Below, piece after piece: positions 18,801 to 28,181 of a stretch of DNA of 35,924 nt. Origin of the DNA: Candidatus Omnitrophota bacterium. GTDB taxonomy: Bacteria; Ratteibacteria; UBA8468; MWAK01. The number at the start of each line of letters is the position of its first letter. The stretch's first letter is position 1. Position numbers and translations under genes: made by a program. The DNA lies in assembly GCA_043826355.1 (NCBI GenBank), contig JBDRQI010000015.1:1-35924 (forward strand). The letters run 5' to 3'. The notes beneath the pieces were generated by a model. The model saw only the letters and a list, made by a program, of their open reading frames with translations. It did not search any database and was not told where the DNA came from.

Positions 18801-21800
18801 TGCCGACTGCCGGGCAGTATACAATTTATTACAATGCGGATGCGCCCGGCGGAACCCCGCTGACGCTTTACCGGGTCAGGGACCTGACCTATACCGATAC
18901 CACCCTGATTGATACAGGTCTTTCCGTTGGGTCCGGGCAGACATATCTCTGGGACACCAACACCGCGCCGGCAGGAACCTACCGGATTTACGGCGTTCTC
19001 GGCAGTGCTCCCAATACAGTCACAAACTATTCCTCCGGCACGGTTACCATAGACACCAGTCCGCCAACCGTTACCGGTCCGCTGACAATCAGTCCTACGA
19101 CGATAACTATCGGCGCTACCGCCTCCATTAACCTTGGCGGCATAGAGGATGTTGACTCCGATACCGTGTTCGTTACTTTTTACTCTGTTATAGACGGTAC
19201 CGGCGCAGACACAAGGTTTGTTCCGGGCTCTTTCACCGTTCTTGCGCCTTATCCGAAGTCAATCACCGTATCCTGGAACACTTCCGGCATGCCGGCAGGA
19301 ACTCGCCAGCTCTTTGCCCAAGTTTCCGACGGCGGCAACAAAGTTATTTTCCCGGTTTCACCCGCCAAAACCACCTTTATCCTGCAGACTGCGTCCACCG
19401 TTACCGGTACGGCTGTTAGTATGGTTCTTCCGAACCAGGGTATTTTGCCGAAGAGCCCGCTGACCGCAATTTTTGGGCTAAACCTTACGAGCACAGCGGG
19501 CGACCCCCTGAACAGCGTTACGGTTAAATTTACCGATGTGAGCGGTTTTAACGACGTTGGGGGCTCCGATACTGAGTTGACAGAGGTTGCTGTCTACCGG
19601 GATTCCGGAGGCGCCGGGGCTGGAATTTTTGATTCCAGCGATACTTTTCTGGGTAGTATGTTAGCCCCGAGCTTCCCGGACTGGCCGTGGGTGACAATAC
19701 CGATATTGGGCGGCAACTCGATTCCGATAAACGATACCGGGTTCAACGCGGGCATAGATTATTTTATCGCTATCCGGACATCAGACACAATGGACCACGC
19801 TACCGCTTTTTTCGCAACCGTTTACGAAATTAACGGAATCTTGATTGACGGAGTTTACGGTATTTCTTCCGGGACCATCCAATGCGAATGCAAGATAGTG
19901 GATGTTTTTTATACGCAATCTTTTCATTTTGAGAGTCTTATTCCACCCCTGGTTTCTGACCCCTGGAACCGTTACTTGATGCCTAATTATATCGGGTACT
20001 CTATCCGCACCGAAATGACCGAACCCAATTATCAAGACCCGGCCGGCGACCCGCATCCCTGGTACTTGGCTGATACCGGAAATTACCGGTATTCCTATAC
20101 TACCGGCGGTCCGCTAACCGGAGACGATTATCGGGAATTTACCCGGGCTTACTCCAACCTGTTGAAGTTTGAACGCAAACGGCAACTTCTCCAGATGCAG
20201 GTTCCAACCGCTATCCTGGGAATCAAGGTTGCCGGCAGGAACGAGAGACAGGTGGTCGGCGACGACAACGAATATCTTGGTACCCTGGTCGTCGAATTTA
20301 CCGATGCCGATGGTTCCAACTTCAATGCCAGGGATATGCTCTTTCCTTTGAATGTAAATGACGACGCCCAGAGCGGCGTCGCTCTTTACCAGGACAATAA
20401 CCACAACGGCATCCTGGACGATGGCGATGCGGTGGTGAACCTCTATAACAGTAGCAGCGTTCTCCAATGGAATGCCGCCGGAAACCAGGTCACATTCGAT
20501 TTTTACGGCACTTCCATTCCGATTCCGCAGACCTATGATGCCGAAGGCGGGGGCGATACTGATGGGAGTTGGAATATTACTTATTCCCACGACCGGACCG
20601 GCACCGATTTTCTGTTTGTTATCCGGGCAAGGCCCCAGACCACCCTGGATTCAAAGATTAAATACGGAGCCGATTTTACGGCCAGAATTACCCGTCTTAC
20701 CTTAAGGAGCGGAATCATTTTAACCAGCGATACCCGGAAGCAGTGGTATGGTATCCGGGAAATTAAGGCGGTTCTGGAACTCAGCGATTATACCGGCAGC
20801 CGGGTGGACCCCAACTCCACCTTCCCGCTGATAGGCATCAACGTGGTTGACGGGCCGGGCCTTTATGAGAAAATTTATAAGATTACCCTCCAACTTAAGG
20901 ACGAGGTTGGGTTTGACCCCAACATTGACATAGCCGACGTTCTTATTTACCGGGGCGCCACCATACAGCCCGGCATAACCAGGAGCGATTGGGTGTTGGT
21001 CGGGTATCCGATAGGCGCCCCTACCGAATGGTGGTGGCAGACCGTTGTTTCCGCCGAATCCGGCCTGGATGTGCCGGATACTGATTCCGGTCTCTACCAG
21101 GGCGACGATTACTATGTGGCGCTGCAGACATCGGAGGATTTCGGATACCTGGATAAGATTACCGGCCGGATACTGGACGGCGGAATTGAATTCTCCGGCA
21201 CGACCACAAGCGCCGCCGGGACCGGCCTGACAACCAACGCTTTGCTTCCGCCGGTAAGCAATAACCGGGTGAACTGGAACCCGTTTGCTTCTCCGGAAAC
21301 ACCGCTTGTCGGCAATGTCGGGGTAAAGTTTTACGACCTCATCACCACCCCGTTCCTTGACGCCGGCGGCCCGACCGCAGTCCTGGGCCTGGAACTGTCC
21401 AGCAACACCGATTCCGACACGCAGCCGGTTCTCAAGTCCCTGGTGGTGCAGTTGATAAACAGGAACACCGACAACGGCGCCCTTGATATGAACGACCTGG
21501 CCCCGATGACTATCGACAGCAATACCAGCGGTTTGGGCATTTGGAAAGATGTCAATGATAACGGTAGATTTGATACCGGCATTGATATGCCCTTGACGAT
21601 GGCGGCGCCGCCGACCCAGTCTGTTGGCACTGCAGCGGAAAACTACCAGCGGTTTATCCTCGTGCTGGATGAGGCGCAGCCAATCGACACGAGTTTTTCT
21701 TCTTCCGGCAACCCCGACTATTTCATCACCATAAACACCAAAAACACCGTTTCCGGCGACCAGTTCATCATGCGGCTCTGGGGCAGCGAGATGAAACCGC

Positions 21801-22942
21801 CGGCTTCTTACGCTCTGGGTTTCCGGGTAAAAAATACCAACGTTACCGGCACGGAAGCGGTTACCTACGGAGTTAGCGGCCAGACCACCACCCCCACTTC
21901 CACCCTGACGATTAATCCGGCCCTGGGCGGAAACCAACCTGATTACAGCCAGAACTGGTACCTGGTGGTAACCGGCGAGAACGACACCGCAAAGGGTGTG
22001 GTGAGAAAGGTTCTCGGCGTCAACGCGGCGCGTAACATCGTCACCTGCGAGGATTTATCCGGGCTGGGCATTATAACTCAAATCCGCGTTTTTAAACTGG
22101 ACAGCGCCAGTTATCAAAACCATTCCGTGGGTGTTGCGTTCAAGCGCGCGTCTGCGGTAACTCTCTTCGCCAGTTCCACCACAGCCGCGATTACCCTTAC
22201 CTGGGTGGATGCTACGATTGGCGGCGGCGCCAGGACGTTTGACATTGAGCGCCGGGTAAAAGGAACGATTCCCATTTCAGACTGGACAAAGATTGATACC
22301 GGCCTTACCAGCGCTTCCACGAAATTAATCGTAGTTGGAACCAACACTTACCAGTATGTTGATGTGCCGCCGGATACGGTCACCTATGAATACCGGGTAA
22401 CGGTTAAACAGGCGGGCGCGGCTGATGTCCTTTCCAATGTTGTTTCGGCGAAAGTGGCTTCTTATTTCCCTTACCGGCCTACAGATTTGCATTATACGGT
22501 AGGTTTTGGCGTGGTGGAATTAGACTGGTACTGGCAAGACGGGTATGAGGTTTACGAAAGCGGATTTATTGTGGAACGGAAAGGGAAGAATGAGCCGGAG
22601 TCCAGTTTTATCGCCATCGGCAGCACCAGCGCGTATCCGCTCGATAATTTCGGCCGGTTTACCGACCATTCCATTACCGACGAGATGATGGAAATTGAGG
22701 ATACCTACCATTACCGGGTCAGGGCGTATAAAGGTGTCGGCATCTGGACCGTATATTCCGATTACTCGGATACGATAGAAGTTCAAGTTTTACCCAGTCC
22801 TACCATTCCAATCGGTGCCGGAGGCGGGGGGGCCGCGGTCGGGCCCCTGGCCGCAGGCGTATCCGCCCTGCTGGGCTGGTGGAAACGCCGGAAGCGGTGT
22901 GTCCCAAAAAGAGAAAGAGAGACGAGAAGGGAGAAACAATGA
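15896..22942 (+). CDS. Giant secreted/surface protein (~2348 aa): two ~900-aa homologous modules, FN3-like domains and a GlyGly-CTERM-like tail
   Basis: GGAGG RBS before ATG 15896, a signal peptide ending in ALA, an internal duplication, DxNxNGxFD-type loops, FN3-like ITLTW/YEYRV and VELDW/YHYRVRAY, and the tail GAGGGGAAVGPLAAGVSALLGWWKRRKR. Confidence 0.8.
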   Translation: MRFNNRFKKVPLRASPKAGVAISALFLFLLLSSFFVTPALATLTVTSVTSTAVANQGILPNSPPTALLRVEITASAGSDIFQSITASLIDVEGLTASDISRISIYEDYQPSVGSPGDGLFTSADVEIAYIDNPDPLTNILINIPGNRTIPLNGAVYKWYYFIVVETSGSISHADAFQGRLEGIVGSAGGNLGTFVSPESRTSNAIRCECKVVDIYYTESNASLFTTWNLVANAYETYWKPNYLSHGIVQEMTEPKEFVLSDTHLYSLSEAWRYSKLGGAPDVASSKAAASNFLKFERRRKLMGMNVPTAVLGVKVAGKNQWQDATYYDTDYLQQITIVFKDTPKGTPPTYNFDPEWALFGITSGNEAGSGVAVYRDTNKNGVFNEGVDQVLSIVSRSWSGWGGVGLDEKTLTLNFSGPAVNPQAGIPKLFDADLDDNTGHDTKGVDFLVVLRGNPAYIEYGADFTAKVSGMDFVGADNPPVSADWHETREIKAVFELFDYTGTRVDPNTTFPVIGINLNKGVSPATLTRFTFFLKKTNTNFNPADDLTAPGVTVLSRTGAVVPTTTSGWSDDVDPAGLPAGTWAKTIVTFVSAGTTIPGDDTGVDSGPDYFVNLTTNSNFGYKKQIVAAIRNSEFVFGSPTRTNAAGTALTTNANVDHGSNERVYPEINLITPENNPMLGNPAVVFSQVDTKIRINSNPAAIIGIELAANTSLSVPAAPVELKSLVVQIADIGGGFLLSGLAPMTTDSNTSGLGVWLDNGNGVFGAGDTARALAFPPTYSITEGAEGYYRYLLVLQTPLVLPTSGASKIFVTLRSSGTMSATDAIDVRIWGSEITPCSSYGLGFRPTDANVTSRETSDYTVNSILDSDTLRLASSPGGSPPLDYSRDWYLVITSGSALGQVYRVVSVSGTDVTVAGADGTDPGLTYIGSVTAVRFFKVDSTSYQRSSAPVACSGIYSLNIIKPSSAGELPTAGQYTIYYNADAPGGTPLTLYRVRDLTYTDTTLIDTGLSVGSGQTYLWDTNTAPAGTYRIYGVLGSAPNTVTNYSSGTVTIDTSPPTVTGPLTISPTTITIGATASINLGGIEDVDSDTVFVTFYSVIDGTGADTRFVPGSFTVLAPYPKSITVSWNTSGMPAGTRQLFAQVSDGGNKVIFPVSPAKTTFILQTASTVTGTAVSMVLPNQGILPKSPLTAIFGLNLTSTAGDPLNSVTVKFTDVSGFNDVGGSDTELTEVAVYRDSGGAGAGIFDSSDTFLGSMLAPSFPDWPWVTIPILGGNSIPINDTGFNAGIDYFIAIRTSDTMDHATAFFATVYEINGILIDGVYGISSGTIQCECKIVDVFYTQSFHFESLIPPLVSDPWNRYLMPNYIGYSIRTEMTEPNYQDPAGDPHPWYLADTGNYRYSYTTGGPLTGDDYREFTRAYSNLLKFERKRQLLQMQVPTAILGIKVAGRNERQVVGDDNEYLGTLVVEFTDADGSNFNARDMLFPLNVNDDAQSGVALYQDNNHNGILDDGDAVVNLYNSSSVLQWNAAGNQVTFDFYGTSIPIPQTYDAEGGGDTDGSWNITYSHDRTGTDFLFVIRARPQTTLDSKIKYGADFTARITRLTLRSGIILTSDTRKQWYGIREIKAVLELSDYTGSRVDPNSTFPLIGINVVDGPGLYEKIYKITLQLKDEVGFDPNIDIADVLIYRGATIQPGITRSDWVLVGYPIGAPTEWWWQTVVSAESGLDVPDTDSGLYQGDDYYVALQTSEDFGYLDKITGRILDGGIEFSGTTTSAAGTGLTTNALLPPVSNNRVNWNPFASPETPLVGNVGVKFYDLITTPFLDAGGPTAVLGLELSSNTDSDTQPVLKSLVVQLINRNTDNGALDMNDLAPMTIDSNTSGLGIWKDVNDNGRFDTGIDMPLTMAAPPTQSVGTAAENYQRFILVLDEAQPIDTSFSSSGNPDYFITINTKNTVSGDQFIMRLWGSEMKPPASYALGFRVKNTNVTGTEAVTYGVSGQTTTPTSTLTINPALGGNQPDYSQNWYLVVTGENDTAKGVVRKVLGVNAARNIVTCEDLSGLGIITQIRVFKLDSASYQNHSVGVAFKRASAVTLFASSTTAAITLTWVDATIGGGARTFDIERRVKGTIPISDWTKIDTGLTSASTKLIVVGTNTYQYVDVPPDTVTYEYRVTVKQAGAADVLSNVVSAKVASYFPYRPTDLHYTVGFGVVELDWYWQDGYEVYESGFIVERKGKNEPESSFIAIGSTSAYPLDNFGRFTDHSITDEMMEIEDTYHYRVRAYKGVGIWTVYSDYSDTIEVQVLPSPTIPIGAGGGGAAVGPLAAGVSALLGWWKRRKRCVPKRERETRREKQ
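15923..15963. repeat. Family D palindrome in-frame within the signal peptide n-region
   Basis: GTGCCATTGCGAGCCTCGCCAAAGGCGGGCGTGGCAATCTC: outer ATTGC/GCAAT stem and inner CTCGCC/GGCGGG stem; encodes VPLRASPKAGVAIS. Confidence 0.6.
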
Positions 22943-25900
22943 GGAACCGAAAGATTTTGCGGAGCGCCCTGAAAGCATTATTCGGCCTGTGGTTGTTTTC
23001 CATGGTCAGTGAGGCGGGAGCCCAGTCAATTACTACTTATATTGTTCCATCACCCCTTGGCACAGATGTATCGGACCCGATGCTCAACCCGAACGACGGC
23101 ACAGACATATTGCCCTTTGACACCCTGCCGGTTGCCTGGACGTTGACGGATACGATTACGGTAGTGGCCACGCCCGGCGAATACGAACCCGCCAGTTTTG
23201 TGCTCCGCCCTGATTATAACCTGACAAACCTGACGCTGACGGTAAGCAACCTGACCGGCGATGCGGGAGAAATCCCGTCATCCAGCGTAGATATTAAGGT
23301 GGTTAAGTGCTGGTATCAGGCTACGTGGTCGGGTGAGACTCTTAACCCGCAGGGCTGGCTTGTCCCGGAACTTCTGTTGAACGATGATACGCTGATTGAG
23401 GTCGATTATACAGGCCTCTCCTACGCCGGCGCTCCTTATGGTAGCAGGTTACGGAAGATGGGGTGGCCCAACCCCTTGTACGGCAACCCGACGGGCAGGA
23501 ATTGGGTTAAATTAAGCTTCCCGGCTCCGAGAGGAGAGGAGTATTACTGGATAAACAACCCCTATCAAACACCATGGGACGCAGAGGGACGGCCGGAAAA
23601 TTTTCCGATTAAGGACAGCCCGGTGCTTTTGCCGGTGGATATTGCGGCAGACACCAATAAGCAATTCTGGGTTACGGTGAAGGTCCCGGAAGATGCGGCC
23701 GCCGGTATCTACACCGGCGCCATCACCCCTTCCGCCGGAAAAACTATTTTTGTAAAACTGGAGGTCCTCCCCTTTAAACTTGCGTCTCCGAAGACTTACT
23801 ATGATTTGAATCGGGAGTTTACCAGTTCCATTTACTATACCTCGGCATACAGCCCTATCAGCTACCCGAACGGAGCGGTGTTCACTTTTGCTAAAAGCAG
23901 CGAACAGTTAAGGGCAGAGCTGGCGAATCTGGTTGCCCACGGGGTAACCAACCCTATTTGCGCCCAAGATGTCTCCTCGGGCAGCCGGCCGTTCTTAGGG
24001 CTAATGCTGGAAATGCGGCAGGAGGCTGGAATGACAAGCCCAACCCTTTATTCCGGCTCCTGGGATTTGGATGGCATACTGGGGACCGACTTTCACTGGA
24101 GCGATAAAGGGATACCCATTCCTCCGGAAAAATTGGACTATCTGGAACAATTGACCGCTTCGGCGGTCGCCTTCTGTAGCTCTTACGGTATTTCCGAGGT
24201 CTATTTTTACGGCAAAGATGAAGGCTTCAACGACTCTTTAAGGCGCCAGCGTCCCGCCTGGGAGGCGATACACAAAGGCGGCGGTAAGATATTTGTAGCC
24301 GGATATCGCCCTGGCCGTGGTTGGGGGCCCAACTATGGGCTCGAGCCGGCTGAGGGTAGCTTTGAAATAGTGGGTGATATCCAGGACTTGTTTGTCTGCG
24401 AGGGACCAACTCTGATAGAAGAAGCGGATAAATGGCATTACGATTCGATTAATCTATGGGGTTCAGGTTCGGAGCATCATGAGAATTTTTATCAGCTCTA
24501 TCATAAGATTTGGTGTTACGCCAACCCTCAGGCGGATACTGAAAATCCGGCTCCTTACCGAAAGAATTACGGCTTCCGAATCTGGAAATCAAACTACGAC
24601 GGCGCTGCTACCTGGGCTTATATGAGTAATCACTATAACGATTTCCGGATGAATGCAGGGGATTATAATGGGTGGATATGGGGAATAGTCTATTCTACCG
24701 TAAACGGGGTAATTGACACGATTGCCTGGGAGGGCTACCGGGAAGCGATCGATGACATCCGCTACGGAACCACCCTGATGGAGCTGATTAAGCAGGCAGA
24801 AGACCGCGGATTGCTGCCGGCAGAAGTCCAGGCGGCAAAAGATTACCTGGAAGACCTTGATGAAAAATACTGGGACAGGACCCGGGGCGATTACACGCAT
24901 AAAAGCTATGGCACTATCCGTTCCGAAATAATTGAACTGATCAAGCCCTTAGTAATTCCCACTTATACCGTAACCTCTTTCGCCGGGTTGCACGGCACAA
25001 TCTCTCCCCTGGGGCCGGTAGAGGTCGTTGAGGGAGACACGCCCATCTTTAAGATTACGCCGGATACCTGGTACCACATATCCGATGTTCTGGTGGGCGG
25101 CGTATCCGTAGGCGCGGTGTCCAGTTATACTTTTGACGCGGTTTACGCAGACTCGACAATATCGGCAGAGTTTGAGATAAACCGCAACGATATTTACGGC
25201 AAGGTGACCGACAGCGCAACCCTCGCCAACGTGGCGGGCGTGGCGATTACGCTTTCTTCACTGGAGGTGCCGCCTCTTTACGCCGACCTGACCGAAACAA
25301 CCGATGGCGCCGGCGAGTATTCTTTTCTCGGGGTTTCGGCCGGCTATCACAAGTTCACTCCGTCGCTGACCGGCCGTGTTTTTGTGCCGACTCAGACCGA
25401 ATTAAAACCTTTCACCGCGGCCAATCCTTTAAACGGGATTGATTTCGTCGCGTACCCTCCTTTTGAAATCAAGGTTCCTTTCGGCATCCCTAATCCGGTG
25501 GTTGAGAACAATTCGGTGTCGTGCCGGGTTACGACTGACCCGGCCGCAGAGAGTTATCTCTGGACAGTAAACCGCGGCCATTTTGTGGACTCCGGGACGC
25601 GAACCAGCACCCGGCAGGACCCGACCTGGGTTGCGGATATTGCAATGGCAGACGGTGTTTTGTTTGAAGAGGTAGCGTTGACGGTAGTTGCCTATACCAG
25701 CGACGGCCGGTCTTATTCGGCCTCCTATTCGCAGCAGGTTAATAAATTACCGGTACCGGAGGTGAAGTCACCCAGCGGCAGCGGCGATTGTTTTATCGCC
25801 ACCGCGGCCTTCGGCACGCCGATGGCGAAAGAGGTGATTACCTTAAGGCAGTTCCGGGACAGGTTCCTATTGACCCGTAACTGGGGCCGGGTCCTTGTCC

Positions 25901-26019
25901 GCTTCTACTACCGCCATTCCCCGGCTGCGGCGGAATTTATCCGGTCCAGGCCCGTCTATTGCTTCCTGGTGCGGAGTGTTTTGCGCCCGCTGGTCTGGCT
26001 GGTGAAAGCGGTTTTGTAG
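22939..26019 (+). CDS. Secreted GH123/DUF4091-like glycoside hydrolase with an InlB-B-repeat-like module and a CFI-box-CTERM tail
   Basis: ATGA overlap with the upstream stop, signal peptide, TPGEYEPASF, QFWVTVKVPEDAAAGIYTG, YFYGKDE, WEGYREAIDDIRY and terminal GSGDCFIATAAFGTPMAKEVITLRQFRDRFL...YYRHSP. Confidence 0.7.
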   Translation: MRNRKILRSALKALFGLWLFSMVSEAGAQSITTYIVPSPLGTDVSDPMLNPNDGTDILPFDTLPVAWTLTDTITVVATPGEYEPASFVLRPDYNLTNLTLTVSNLTGDAGEIPSSSVDIKVVKCWYQATWSGETLNPQGWLVPELLLNDDTLIEVDYTGLSYAGAPYGSRLRKMGWPNPLYGNPTGRNWVKLSFPAPRGEEYYWINNPYQTPWDAEGRPENFPIKDSPVLLPVDIAADTNKQFWVTVKVPEDAAAGIYTGAITPSAGKTIFVKLEVLPFKLASPKTYYDLNREFTSSIYYTSAYSPISYPNGAVFTFAKSSEQLRAELANLVAHGVTNPICAQDVSSGSRPFLGLMLEMRQEAGMTSPTLYSGSWDLDGILGTDFHWSDKGIPIPPEKLDYLEQLTASAVAFCSSYGISEVYFYGKDEGFNDSLRRQRPAWEAIHKGGGKIFVAGYRPGRGWGPNYGLEPAEGSFEIVGDIQDLFVCEGPTLIEEADKWHYDSINLWGSGSEHHENFYQLYHKIWCYANPQADTENPAPYRKNYGFRIWKSNYDGAATWAYMSNHYNDFRMNAGDYNGWIWGIVYSTVNGVIDTIAWEGYREAIDDIRYGTTLMELIKQAEDRGLLPAEVQAAKDYLEDLDEKYWDRTRGDYTHKSYGTIRSEIIELIKPLVIPTYTVTSFAGLHGTISPLGPVEVVEGDTPIFKITPDTWYHISDVLVGGVSVGAVSSYTFDAVYADSTISAEFEINRNDIYGKVTDSATLANVAGVAITLSSLEVPPLYADLTETTDGAGEYSFLGVSAGYHKFTPSLTGRVFVPTQTELKPFTAANPLNGIDFVAYPPFEIKVPFGIPNPVVENNSVSCRVTTDPAAESYLWTVNRGHFVDSGTRTSTRQDPTWVADIAMADGVLFEEVALTVVAYTSDGRSYSASYSQQVNKLPVPEVKSPSGSGDCFIATAAFGTPMAKEVITLRQFRDRFLLTRNWGRVLVRFYYRHSPAAAEFIRSRPVYCFLVRSVLRPLVWLVKAVL

Positions 26020-26023
26020 GTCA

Positions 26024-28078
26024 TTGGGAAATAAACCCTCTTTTTTGCTGGCGGCTCTTTTCTTACTCCTGGCGCCCCCTTTCCTGTTTGCCCGGGAACC
26101 GACGCTTGCCCCGCTGAATCCCGGGTTTATTGAGTACCAAAAAAATCTTCAGCAGAACCTTTTCCTGCCACAAGCAACCGGGGAAGGCCACCGTTTGGGT
26201 TTTATCCCACCGCCGGCAGACCTGGCGCACCTCAAAGAACAAAAAGTTTTCCAGGCGACCCGGCCGCTCCTCGGTTTGGTGCCTTCCCATGACCTGCGTG
26301 CGCTGGGAAAACTTACACCCGTCAGGGACCAGGGCGAATACGGCACCTGCTGGGCATTTGCTACCTTTGGCTCAATGGAATCCTGCCTTCTGCCCGGAGA
26401 GATAAGGGATTTTTCCGAAAGCAATCTGGCTAATCTGACTTCATTCTTTTCTTCAGGCGGGTTTGACCGGGATACCTGGGACGGGGGCAATTATTTTATG
26501 TCAACCGCCCACCTTGCCCGGTGGAGCGGGCCGATTAACGAGAATGATGAACCTTACCCGCAATACCGGAACCCTGTTGCCGGCGCACAAATTCAAAAAC
26601 ACGTTCAGGAAGTTCTTTTCCTGCCGGGCAGGGATAGTTCTGCCGACAACGACAAACTGAAACAGGCGTTGATGGATTACGGCGCGGTATACACCTCAAT
26701 GTATTACGGCAGCCCGTACTATAACGCATTGAACAAGGCCTATTATTATAAGGGCAGCGCCGGCAGCAACCACGCGGTCTGCATAGTCGGCTGGGATGAT
26801 AATTTTGACCGGAACAATTTCAACCCGATTGGTGAAATCTTTCCGCCGGCAAACGGCGCTTTTATCGCCAGAAACAGCTGGGGCGACGGCTGGGGAGACA
26901 ACGGTTATTTCTACGTCTCATACCATGATTCCAAAATCGGCGAATGGAACGCCGTTTTTAACAACGCGGAGGCGGCCGGCAATTACGGCGCTGTTTACCA
27001 GTACGACCCGTTGGGCTGGGTGAACAGCGGGGGCTATGGAAGCGACACGGCCTGGTTTGCCAATATCTTTACCGCCACGAACCGTAACCTGGGGGCGGTC
27101 GGTTTCTATGCGCCGGCTGACAATTCATCTTACGAAATATATGTTTTTACCGGTGTTGCTCCGGGAAGCCCGGTAAGCGGTTCGCTGGCCGGTCCGGCAA
27201 CCTCCGGAATTATTACGGAAGCCGGATACCGCACAATCGCCCTTGATACAACCGTTTCGCTCGTTTTCGGCCAAACATTTTCAGTTGTGGTAAGACTGAC
27301 CACTCCCGGTTATGCCTACCCGGTCGTAATTGAATACCCTCTGGCCGGTTGGAGCAGTCAGGCAACGGCCAACCCTGGAGAAAGTTTTGTAAGCAGCGAT
27401 GGTTTATCCTGGGATGACATTACTTTTTATTCCGCCGACACCAACGTTTGCTTGAAAGCATTTTCTTCCTATGCCGTTACCCGAAAAATTACGGTTTCGG
27501 CCGGCGCGCGCGGTGTCATAAATCCTTCCGGGACCTCGTTTCCTTACCGCGTTTTAACGGTAGACGAGGGAGATACGCCCGCCTTTACCATTGCGCCGGA
27601 TTCAGGGTATTATTTAGCCAGCCTGCTGTTGGACGGTACGCCGGCAGATACGGAAAACGGGACCCTGGCCAGTTATACCTTTGGACCGGTTGCGGCCGAC
27701 CACACGATTGCGGCAACCTTCGCTTCGATTCCCACCTATACCATAACCGCTTCCGCAGGATTGCACGGTGTAATTATCCCCCCCGGGCCGGTAACGGTAG
27801 ACGAGGGAGAGACGCCCGCCTTTACAATTGCGCCGGATTCAGGGTATTATTTAGCCAGCCTGCTGTTGGACGGTACGCCGGCAGATACGGAAAACGGGAC
27901 CCTGGCCAGTTATACCTTTGGACCGGTTGCGGCCGACCACACGATTGCGGCAACCTTTGGGGCCAACCTATCTTCAGGCGGCGGCGGTGGAGGAGGCGGC
28001 GCGGTCGGCCCCCTGGCCGTTGGCGTATCCGCCCTGCTGGGCTGGCGGAAACGCCGGAGGGAGCGCCAGTCATCCTGA
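26024..28078 (+). CDS. Secreted papain-like C1 cysteine peptidase with a lectin-like domain, two InlB-B-repeat-like modules and a GlyGly-CTERM-like tail
   Basis: Catalytic motifs VRDQGEYGTCWAF, NHAVCIVGW and RNSWG; YQYDPLGW...NVCLKAF lectin-like region; TTG start. Confidence 0.88.
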   Translation: MGNKPSFLLAALFLLLAPPFLFAREPTLAPLNPGFIEYQKNLQQNLFLPQATGEGHRLGFIPPPADLAHLKEQKVFQATRPLLGLVPSHDLRALGKLTPVRDQGEYGTCWAFATFGSMESCLLPGEIRDFSESNLANLTSFFSSGGFDRDTWDGGNYFMSTAHLARWSGPINENDEPYPQYRNPVAGAQIQKHVQEVLFLPGRDSSADNDKLKQALMDYGAVYTSMYYGSPYYNALNKAYYYKGSAGSNHAVCIVGWDDNFDRNNFNPIGEIFPPANGAFIARNSWGDGWGDNGYFYVSYHDSKIGEWNAVFNNAEAAGNYGAVYQYDPLGWVNSGGYGSDTAWFANIFTATNRNLGAVGFYAPADNSSYEIYVFTGVAPGSPVSGSLAGPATSGIITEAGYRTIALDTTVSLVFGQTFSVVVRLTTPGYAYPVVIEYPLAGWSSQATANPGESFVSSDGLSWDDITFYSADTNVCLKAFSSYAVTRKITVSAGARGVINPSGTSFPYRVLTVDEGDTPAFTIAPDSGYYLASLLLDGTPADTENGTLASYTFGPVAADHTIAATFASIPTYTITASAGLHGVIIPPGPVTVDEGETPAFTIAPDSGYYLASLLLDGTPADTENGTLASYTFGPVAADHTIAATFGANLSSGGGGGGGGAVGPLAVGVSALLGWRKRRRERQSS
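27555..27957 (+). repeat. Intragenic direct repeat, 166 bp x2 (27555-27720 and 27792-27957), period 237 bp
   Basis: The copies differ at only 2 positions by eye (GAT/GAG and ACC/ACA). Confidence 0.92.
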
Positions 28079-28167
28079 GCCATTAATAATTTGTCATCCT
28101 GAGCTGCGGTTGCGAAGGATCTCTCCTTCAACTGCGGGATTCTTCGCAAAACCGGCTCAGAATGACA
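28069..28167. repeat. Family A palindromic element (28092-28167) with a partial copy that supplies the peptidase stop codon
   Basis: GTCATCCTGAGC...TGTCATCCTGAGC...GCGAAGGATCTC...GGATTCTTCGC...GCTCAGAATGACA. Confidence 0.9.
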
Positions 28168-28181
28168 AGGAAGCGAAAACT

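Noticed and set aside
20720..21937. 405-aa antisense ORF inside the giant gene
   Set aside because: Antisense shadow caused by codon bias; no independent evidence.
27918..28181. 88-aa N-terminal extension of the BamD-like ORF
   Set aside because: It overlaps the peptidase gene and repeat DNA; a signal peptide begins at ATG 28182.
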